Virus record (IMG/VR): IMGVR_UViG_3300027732_000003 | Coordinates: 1-40,767 of that record | Length of the DNA stretch: 40,767 nt | Source: a virus | Lineage: Duplodnaviria > Caudoviricetes | Reading direction: 5' to 3' (one strand) | Part shown: positions 34,266 through 40,767 of the stretch, one piece after another | Numbering within the stretch: the stretch's first letter is position 1 | Layout of the letters: every line of letters starts with the position of its first letter | The notes under the pieces: model-generated | The model's database searches: none | Told to the model about the DNA's origin: nothing | The model's input: only the letters and a program-made list of their open reading frames with translations | Program-made: the position numbers and the translations under genes

Positions 34266-36437
34266 TTAATCTACTTGTACAGAACTTAACTTGCCTCTCT
34301 TAGCTGCCAAAGCCTCAAACATATCATCTGTATCAATATCTTGAGCTTTCTTAATATTCAAAGCAGTAACTGATCCACTTTCCTCAACCTTGGCATTATT
34401 CAAAGCCACTTTAGATTGAGTTTCTTGTTGTTCAGCAGAAGGTCCTTTTGACGCTTGAGCTTGCATAATCTTAACGGCTTCTTCCATAGTAGGCAAATAA
34501 GCATCTACATCTTTAACACCCAAAACCCGCAAAGTATCTTCAAAAGGTCTACGAACCTTGATAAACATTTCAGGCACTTCAGGTGGAATTTGCATCATGG
34601 CTTGGGCAAATTGCTGTTGGGCTTGCAAAATCATTTGTTGGCGAGTTAATCGGTTTTCTTCAGACAAGAAACCCAAAGCCAAATCAATATTGATCATTTT
34701 GCGATCAATGAACTCAAAGTTCTCAATTGACAGGGCATCCATAAATGGAGCGCCCTTTAGACAAGTACCTGCCAATTGCTGAATGTTGTAATCGTCAGAA
34801 TACTGAATCAATGTTTTCCAAGTGATGTAAATAACATCCCGCAAGCCAATTGCACAGTTTTTAACCATTTCATCTTGGATCAACTGATTGGGACCCATGG
34901 CCAACTGAAGCTTAAAGCCTGAGTTTCCGTCTTTCATTACTTCAGGGTTAAGCGTATCGCTTGGGCTAGTCATGCCAATCATGGCCATCTTGTCCGACTC
35001 AAAGCGGTTCATGGCCGATTCCACATATGCCAAGTTACCCTGCATAGGTTGGAATTCAAAGATATGCTTGGTAGGATCAAACTTACGATCCAAAATAAAC
35101 ATAGCACTTACGCCACGCTGAATTTCTTCGGCATCCAAAAATTCAGGATTGACACCAATTCGAGGCGTGGAAGACTGCATGGCAAAGGACATCTCTGCTC
35201 TGCGGATTGCCGTTGCATACTCTTGAAGAGGAACCAAACGCTCACCCAAAGAGTAACCAAAGAAGTTACCTGTAATGGGCTTGGGACACATATTGGCCAA
35301 AGGAATGAAGTCCACTTCCTTGGCGTACAGAATGTAGGAGCCTGAGAAGCAACATTCAACAATCTCTTCTTCTCCGTCATTGTCAATGTCCCTGCGAATC
35401 CATGCAGTGGTCAACATAATGACTCGGCTATAGCGGTCTGCGCCTTGGGAGGCGATAACGCCTTGACCTGGCACAGGGGTGGAGTCACGGGCGTGAAGCG
35501 CCAAATCGTTTTCCAAAGCACCCGCTTGGTAAGCTCCTGCAGGACCATAAGCCGCATGGTCAGCCAACAACTCTAAGTCCACAAATGGGAATTGCGCTTT
35601 GCATTCATGGATAGTCATTGGGTCATAAAAGCCCACAAAGTCTTGATCCTGAATAGTATTGATGGTTGGGTTGCAAACAAAATAGTGTTGTGCAACGTGC
35701 TTTACCCGAATGCTAGTTTCATAGCCTGTTAACTTGTACTTGGCACGATAGATGGTGTTGTTGCGTAAAGCTTCCTGAAGCTCATCACCCGTAGGTTCTT
35801 GCATAGCTTCTGTCTCATCAGGAGCCATGGCTTCTTGCATAGCGCCCTGAAGATCAACGTCAATCTTACGCATATTCTGACGTTTGGCAGTTAGCCCTTT
35901 ATCACCTGCCAAAGTTTCAAATGTTCGCAGTTGGTCACGAGTGCCTTCTACTTCTTTGTATTGAGTAATAGGACTACGGACGGGAGAAACCATCACAATG
36001 CCGTTTTTGTGCAACAAAGAATCCTGCGCCCAATCACGAATGACCTGATAAGAATCATTCTTACTGTTGAGCATATATTTGACCATCTCAGTGGCTTGAC
36101 GGGCTTGATCGCCATCCATCTCACTGAATCGTTCAAACTCAAAATTGATTTTGCCGTTGGGCATCAAACACTTGGTGATAACGGCAGTAGCGTAGTCAAT
36201 ACCAGGCGCAACAATCGGCTGAATGTAATCAATACCACGGATTGGTTCCGTAGAATTTGATACTGGAATATTAAGGTAGTGGTAATCAGTAAAACGATTG
36301 TATGTATTCTTGGACTGTGTAAGTCTCAAGTAATCAACCATTTTCACATAGACTTCATGGCAAACTTGTTCGGTAAGACCACGATTGCCAGATGAACTTG
36401 CAAGATTTTCTACAATTACGTTTTGTTTATCTAGCAT
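34266..36437 (-). CDS. Portal protein
   Basis: 723 aa after the terminase; D.LL.KNG, DIDNDG.EE and a Gln-rich C-terminal barrel. Confidence 0.85.
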   Translation of the reverse strand: MLDKQNVIVENLASSSGNRGLTEQVCHEVYVKMVDYLRLTQSKNTYNRFTDYHYLNIPVSNSTEPIRGIDYIQPIVAPGIDYATAVITKCLMPNGKINFEFERFSEMDGDQARQATEMVKYMLNSKNDSYQVIRDWAQDSLLHKNGIVMVSPVRSPITQYKEVEGTRDQLRTFETLAGDKGLTAKRQNMRKIDVDLQGAMQEAMAPDETEAMQEPTGDELQEALRNNTIYRAKYKLTGYETSIRVKHVAQHYFVCNPTINTIQDQDFVGFYDPMTIHECKAQFPFVDLELLADHAAYGPAGAYQAGALENDLALHARDSTPVPGQGVIASQGADRYSRVIMLTTAWIRRDIDNDGEEEIVECCFSGSYILYAKEVDFIPLANMCPKPITGNFFGYSLGERLVPLQEYATAIRRAEMSFAMQSSTPRIGVNPEFLDAEEIQRGVSAMFILDRKFDPTKHIFEFQPMQGNLAYVESAMNRFESDKMAMIGMTSPSDTLNPEVMKDGNSGFKLQLAMGPNQLIQDEMVKNCAIGLRDVIYITWKTLIQYSDDYNIQQLAGTCLKGAPFMDALSIENFEFIDRKMINIDLALGFLSEENRLTRQQMILQAQQQFAQAMMQIPPEVPEMFIKVRRPFEDTLRVLGVKDVDAYLPTMEEAVKIMQAQASKGPSAEQQETQSKVALNNAKVEESGSVTALNIKKAQDIDTDDMFEALAAKRGKLSSVQVD

Positions 36438-36439
36438 CT

Positions 36440-38032
36440 TTATATCCTTTGGACTTTACCTTCAGGCACATCAATTCGCCTAAAACTAAAGTTATTTGCC
36501 CTACTCACTACGGATTCACCATGGCCTTGAATCAAAGCTAATATGCCAATACGGGCAGAGTCAATATGATCGTCAGGATCAGAAAACTTACCCGCATCGT
36601 CAATAGCGTAATTCCGAGCCTCATCAAGAAATGCCTTGCATGACTCGTTAATCATAAAAGATTTACGTTCCATGCCCATCCGCATTATATTGATTCCATA
36701 GGCTTTGTGGTTAGTTACTTTGCCTTGATCGTTAGGTGGGTTTAATATAGCACCTGAAATACAGTTTAGTCCATAGGAATCTTCAAAAACTTCCCGAACT
36801 GATTGTTCTGTCAAAGTGTATCGACCTGCTAAACCCGCATCATGGGGTAGGGCAATAGGCACATCCCGAGTTTCCCTGTCTAGCAAATAATGCACATATT
36901 CATCCGGTGTTTCACCGCTAGGGATTGTAATTTGCTTATGGAGATAAATGATTTCTTCTACAGGATTCCTGAAAAAGAAAGAAATAACAGTAGGGTCATT
37001 CTTAATCCCCAAGTCAAAGCTAATCAAACGCTCTAGCTTTTCATTGTGTCTCAGCTCAATGTCTTCAGACTTGTAAGTAGGCCATTCAAGCAATGGGAAC
37101 ACCACGCCTTTGCCAACCAAAGGAATGCCATTTATACGGCAGTCTCTTTCCCAAGGCATAAAGTCTCGGGCTAATTGTTCTCGTTCCTTTTTGGGAAAAA
37201 AAGATTCTCCCCATTCGTTTTCGTAAGGGATATCGTCCCAAGTAACCCTGATGTGGGAGTAGCCGTCAATGTTGTCCCAAAACTTTCGGACAAGTCCCGA
37301 TAGACCTTTAAGTGGAGTGAACGAACAGATAACCTGCCCGTTTCTAGACGCTGTACGAACAACGAGTTCTGAGAAAGTCTCATCGGGTGGCTGCTCGTCA
37401 AGAACCACGAGGTCCAACTCAAAACCCTGCAAATGCCGGACTTGTTGGGTGTAGTTGGAGAAGTAAAGCTTAGACTTTCCTCCAGACTCATGCCAAATTT
37501 CGATGGCCAAGACGTTAGCTCCATCTGTTCGGATTGACTTGTCATCAATGGACTCCCTTGGAATAGAACCCGTTCCCAACTTGTAACTTTGCTTAATATC
37601 GTCACAACCTAATAATTTGGATTGTAAAGTCTTAGCAACCTGTTCCCAAGATTCGCCTGAACACATGGCAATGATGGGCTTGTCCCATCTTACGCCTTTC
37701 CAATCTTTGGGATACCGACCTGTTAAATGGTAGGCAGTCTCATAAGTTGAAGCAATTGTTTTTCCTGCACGATTGGCGGCAATCATTCCTCTACGGGAAA
37801 ACTTAGCGCCCATGTCAAAGAATTTTTTCTGATACTTAAACGGCCTAAACCATTTCAAAGTATTGAACTGCATATCTTGGGCAATTTTGTCTCTAGCAAC
37901 TTTCATTGCTCTGAGTTGCTCGGCAGAAAGATTCTTAACTTGATCTTTACCGCCAGCCAATTTAACCAAGTGTTTTATCGCCCTGTCTTTGTACAGAGGA
38001 AGGATATAGTCACTGGCTTCACTTTTTGCCAT
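36440..38032 (-). CDS. terL: Terminase large subunit (P22 gp2-like)
   Basis: Walker A AANRAGKT, Walker B LDEQP, FTPLKG, SFDLG and DDHIDSARI motifs. Confidence 0.93.
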   Translation of the reverse strand: MAKSEASDYILPLYKDRAIKHLVKLAGGKDQVKNLSAEQLRAMKVARDKIAQDMQFNTLKWFRPFKYQKKFFDMGAKFSRRGMIAANRAGKTIASTYETAYHLTGRYPKDWKGVRWDKPIIAMCSGESWEQVAKTLQSKLLGCDDIKQSYKLGTGSIPRESIDDKSIRTDGANVLAIEIWHESGGKSKLYFSNYTQQVRHLQGFELDLVVLDEQPPDETFSELVVRTASRNGQVICSFTPLKGLSGLVRKFWDNIDGYSHIRVTWDDIPYENEWGESFFPKKEREQLARDFMPWERDCRINGIPLVGKGVVFPLLEWPTYKSEDIELRHNEKLERLISFDLGIKNDPTVISFFFRNPVEEIIYLHKQITIPSGETPDEYVHYLLDRETRDVPIALPHDAGLAGRYTLTEQSVREVFEDSYGLNCISGAILNPPNDQGKVTNHKAYGINIMRMGMERKSFMINESCKAFLDEARNYAIDDAGKFSDPDDHIDSARIGILALIQGHGESVVSRANNFSFRRIDVPEGKVQRI

Positions 38033-38216
38033 AGTTATCTCGTATGGTTAACAAGATTTGTGCAGCATATGCAAGATAGTAAATCTCATCCGGCTCAAGC
38101 TTGTGCGATCCTTGAAGGTCTTTCTGCAACCACTCAAGAGTTTTACGGGCACAAACTTCAGCTTGGGATGATAATTTATTTTGGAAGATGTTTGATGGGT
38201 CTTCCATTACGCCCAC
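38019..38216 (-). CDS. Hypothetical protein
   Basis: 65 aa (start may be a few codons later); overlaps its neighbours. Confidence 0.6.
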   Translation of the reverse strand: MGVMEDPSNIFQNKLSSQAEVCARKTLEWLQKDLQGSHKLEPDEIYYLAYAAQILLTIRDNYGKK

Positions 38217-38848
38217 GGATCAGCAATATTCTTCTGAGAAATACTTGTAATGTTGCGATCAATCAATGACCACACCCCACCACCTTTTTCACCAACCAAA
38301 TATGAATACAGACCACGACCTTTTTCTGTAAAGGTTCCATCAGGTCTACGCATTAACAACTCTTCTGTACGGGGGTCAATCCAACTGTATTTCTCAGGAA
38401 TGGTTTGACCATACTTGTTGACTTTTTGGCCAACAGGAATTTGCTCCAATGGACCCATCACCTGATAGGTAATACATCCGTTGTCGTACTTCTTAAAATT
38501 AATGCCAACCTTCTTGTCCGACTGTGGATCAAGAGGGTGAGGCATATTGGTTGCGCCAAAGAAGTGAACCAATGAGCCTTCATCAGGCAAATCAACACTA
38601 CGCTTTGGAAGTGGCCTTACGGGGTCGCAAGGAATTTGATCTTTTTTGTCTACATAAGGATTGTCATCTGTAGCATACTCAGAAGGTATTTTCTTACCCT
38701 CTAGAGCATTCTTAGCGACAATGTACTGTTCTTCTTTTTTCTTACCAAGTAAGTCTAAAGAGACACCTGTTTTGTCATAGACAAATTGAGCAAGTTCTTT
38801 TGCTGTCGGAAGGTCTTCCTTGAGCGAGTCAATATCATACGTTGCCAT
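38207..38848 (-). CDS. Hypothetical protein
   Basis: 213 aa; AGGA RBS. Confidence 0.75.
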   Translation of the reverse strand: MATYDIDSLKEDLPTAKELAQFVYDKTGVSLDLLGKKKEEQYIVAKNALEGKKIPSEYATDDNPYVDKKDQIPCDPVRPLPKRSVDLPDEGSLVHFFGATNMPHPLDPQSDKKVGINFKKYDNGCITYQVMGPLEQIPVGQKVNKYGQTIPEKYSWIDPRTEELLMRRPDGTFTEKGRGLYSYLVGEKGGGVWSLIDRNITSISQKNIADPWA

Positions 38849-38862
38849 ATTATTCCTATAAA

Positions 38863-39096
38863 TTAAAGAGCGTAATTCTTGCTTGTGTTGCTAGGCTTAG
38901 TGAACTTGCCACTATTCTTAACTCCGTTAGTGTGTTGTGAAGACACTGTATTAACTGTGTAAGCATTGCCGACTGCTTTGGCAACTTGATCACGCCTACC
39001 ATTTTCAGCGGCATGGCCAGCTAATTTGTCATTGATGCCTTTAGAGACACCCTTACGCATTTGTGCGCCACCATTAATTACTGTTCCGTAGGACAT
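38863..39096 (-). CDS. Small basic hypothetical protein
   Basis: 77 aa. Confidence 0.65.
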   Translation of the reverse strand: MSYGTVINGGAQMRKGVSKGINDKLAGHAAENGRRDQVAKAVGNAYTVNTVSSQHTNGVKNSGKFTKPSNTSKNYAL

Positions 39097-39108
39097 ATTA
39101 ATCTCACT

Positions 39109-39384
39109 TTAGTAAGAAGAGTTTTTAAGATAGCCAGTGTTTCTAGCAGTGCCGTCATAGTCGCATTGCGTAACAACTGTAACTTTTTGGCCACGGCCAG
39201 CGGTAACGGAACCGCCAACAGAAGGTTTACCTTGATTGCCAGGCGCTTGCTTCAAGCCACCGCTACCACTAGTTACAGTAGTAACACCACCTGCTCCTGC
39301 TGTGTGCTTAGAAATATTGCCTTTACGATTGGGCGCTTGAGCCATCAATGTAGGGGCATTGTTGCCAGATGTATATCCACTCAT
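39109..39384 (-). CDS. Gly-rich hypothetical protein
   Basis: Likely start MSGYTSG after AAAGG. Confidence 0.65.
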   Translation of the reverse strand: MSGYTSGNNAPTLMAQAPNRKGNISKHTAGAGGVTTVTSGSGGLKQAPGNQGKPSVGGSVTAGRGQKVTVVTQCDYDGTARNTGYLKNSSY

Positions 39385-39423
39385 TTTGAGCCTTTCATAA
39401 AAGTACACATATATTACACGGGT

Positions 39424-39939
39424 TTAGACTTTACGCAAAGATTCCATGAAATCATTCAAGGCATCATCTGCATCTCCTTCATCTTCCCTAGTGACATTCT
39501 GAATATGTTCTACGGAAATGATTGGGGCACGGCTAGATTCAAACGGGGCAAGTTTATCAGCAATCTTGGCCTTGTCTTTGATATCTAGCTCATCTGACTG
39601 CATGGCATCAATCAAGACTTCCATGGCAGTTTTAAGAGGGGGCAGTCCACGGGAAGTACGCTCATCGTTTAGTTTGTTAAACAAAGCGCCATACTCGGTA
39701 ACCTTGTTGACTATGGATTTAGGGCGACCACCTGCTGCCTTTTGGGATCTAGGCACAAACGTACTCATGTCAAACTCATCCACCACAGGGAAAGTCTCTA
39801 TGGCTTTGGGTTCAATCTGACCTGTAGCTAGTTTCATGGCTTTCTTTTGGGCACGTTTGGCTTTGGCGTAATCACGAGCCCTTTGTTTAATTTCTTCAGA
39901 AGTAACAGTAGAGCCTTCGGGTCTTATTTCTTCAAACAT
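39424..39939 (-). CDS. Putative terminase small subunit
   Basis: GGRPK...NK motif and A..LAPF helix; upstream of terL. Confidence 0.6.
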   Translation of the reverse strand: MFEEIRPEGSTVTSEEIKQRARDYAKAKRAQKKAMKLATGQIEPKAIETFPVVDEFDMSTFVPRSQKAAGGRPKSIVNKVTEYGALFNKLNDERTSRGLPPLKTAMEVLIDAMQSDELDIKDKAKIADKLAPFESSRAPIISVEHIQNVTREDEGDADDALNDFMESLRKV

Positions 39940-40481
39940 TCCATACCCTTTTCAGTTCTTAACCAAGCATACGATCCGTGGACAGTAAAACCACGTTTCT
40001 TGTGGATTTTCATAAACCCATCATGCTCTGCACGAATAGAAGTGGAACATACCACGGGTATACCCCATTGATATGCCCACAGTATATGTTGGTCAATCAT
40101 CTCATTAATTAAGCGCACACGCAAGCGAGGACTTAATTTTATGTCAACATGGTGGAACTTGGCATTGCTAATTTCTTCATTGGCATAGGTGGTATACCCG
40201 CCCCTGTCAAACCAACAATAGCCAAGCAGCTCATCTTGAGTTTCCGCAGGTCCTAAGTAAGTATCAAACTTTCTATGCCCACGGCAGACCGCAATAAACT
40301 CTTTGCTTTTGTCAAACACTTGAACTGTCGTTGCAATAGTAACGTGCTTACGGAACACTGCCTTGTCCCTAGTAAGTATGCCATCAGCTTCATGGCCAAA
40401 GACTGAGTCTGCCATGCTCACAATATCGTCCACATCATGCAGTGGGTGTGCCAATGTCCATTCCATACAATACCTTTCCAA
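39924..40481 (-). CDS. Putative GNAT-fold acetyltransferase
   Basis: LLGY, WA..WG..V and K..KKRGF...G pattern; start may be 40466. Confidence 0.5.
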   Translation of the reverse strand: MERYCMEWTLAHPLHDVDDIVSMADSVFGHEADGILTRDKAVFRKHVTIATTVQVFDKSKEFIAVCRGHRKFDTYLGPAETQDELLGYCWFDRGGYTTYANEEISNAKFHHVDIKLSPRLRVRLINEMIDQHILWAYQWGIPVVCSTSIRAEHDGFMKIHKKRGFTVHGSYAWLRTEKGMECLKK

Positions 40482-40490
40482 TACAAATGA

Positions 40491-40537
40491 GGACTACAAA
40501 GGTTGGGCGACAAGAGCCAACATTAAGACGCTTAGTC
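40491..40537 (-). promoter_or_regulatory. Structured leader of the late operon
   Basis: GGACTA/TAGTCC outer stem and GTTGG/CCAAC inner stem. Confidence 0.4.
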
Positions 40538-40558
40538 CCCATGCGTATTAGTTAAACA

Positions 40559-40564
40559 ATTATA
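40559..40564 (-). promoter_or_regulatory. -10 element of the putative late promoter
   Basis: Perfect TATAAT on the minus strand; no good -35. Confidence 0.45.
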
Positions 40565-40606
40565 GCTACCCAAAAAGTTTTAAAGAAAAATTTTTATATA
40601 GTATTC

Positions 40607-40636
40607 TTATACAGAGTTATCCACAGGCTATCCACT
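40607..40636 (+). promoter_or_regulatory. DnaA box cluster
   Basis: Perfect TTATCCACA at 40617-40625, flanked in phase by TTATACAGA (40607) and CTATCCACT (40628). Confidence 0.55.
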
Positions 40637-40663
40637 TGCAATAGGGGTAAACCCTAATAGAAT
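40636..40663 (+). promoter_or_regulatory. Putative sigma70 promoter with a GGGTAAACCC palindrome in the spacer
   Basis: TTGCAA (40636-40641), 16 nt spacer, TAGAAT (40658-40663, equal to 18-23). Confidence 0.55.
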
Positions 40664-40767
40664 GATTACGGGGCCATCATCCAGCCCTTGGGAAGGCAGG
40701 TAGCTTACCAACCCAGATAAACGTACTGAATCTATCAGTCTCTCTAGTAAGCAATGAACGGGAACAT
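40641..40767. repeat. Terminal direct repeat, right copy
   Basis: Identical to 1-127. Confidence 0.95.

Noticed and set aside
1-40767. tRNA genes, LexA boxes, integrase/att site, stop-codon reassignment
   Set aside because: No cloverleaf or CTGT-N8-ACAG seen in intergenic DNA, no recombinase motifs, and genes are intact in the standard code. This was a by-eye reading, so weak cases could be missed.

Overview
The window is a complete, circularly assembled tailed-phage genome of about 40,640 bp. Bases 1-127 repeat exactly at 40641-40767, most likely an assembler overlap. It looks like a podovirus: P22-type large terminase, portal, scaffold, SU10-like major capsid, adaptor, nozzle, ejection proteins and several tail fibres. 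A Betaproteobacteria-like host is inferred, not shown. Layout: (i) about 380-3280, a plus-strand block of small early genes plus a GP88-family protein; (ii) 3329-8282, a minus-strand replication/recombination arm (initiator, RusA, DUF1364, ferritin/Dps-like); (iii) 8385-10597, a plus-strand arm (Sak/DUF1071 annealase, SSB-like, wHTH); (iv) 10594-40481, the minus-strand late operon (packaging, head, tail, lysis). I found no integrase, CI-like repressor, tRNA or CRISPR array. The most unusual element is the 2.9 kb early block. It is bounded by C-tracts and almost lacks CATC/GATG, GGAG/CTCC and GAGG/CCTC, even in its ribosome-binding sites. It opens with an array of host-protein sites (two Fur boxes, two IHF sites, an AGGGTAAACCCT palindrome) and closes with a GGCC repeat array and GATTATNTC repeats. 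I infer a defence-evading first-entry segment or long terminal repeat. Also notable are an Endo VII homing endonuclease flanked by a fully synonymously recoded duplicate of a tail gene's C-terminus, and several candidate structured RNAs. Family names come from motif recognition and k-mer counts were made by eye; no searches were run.
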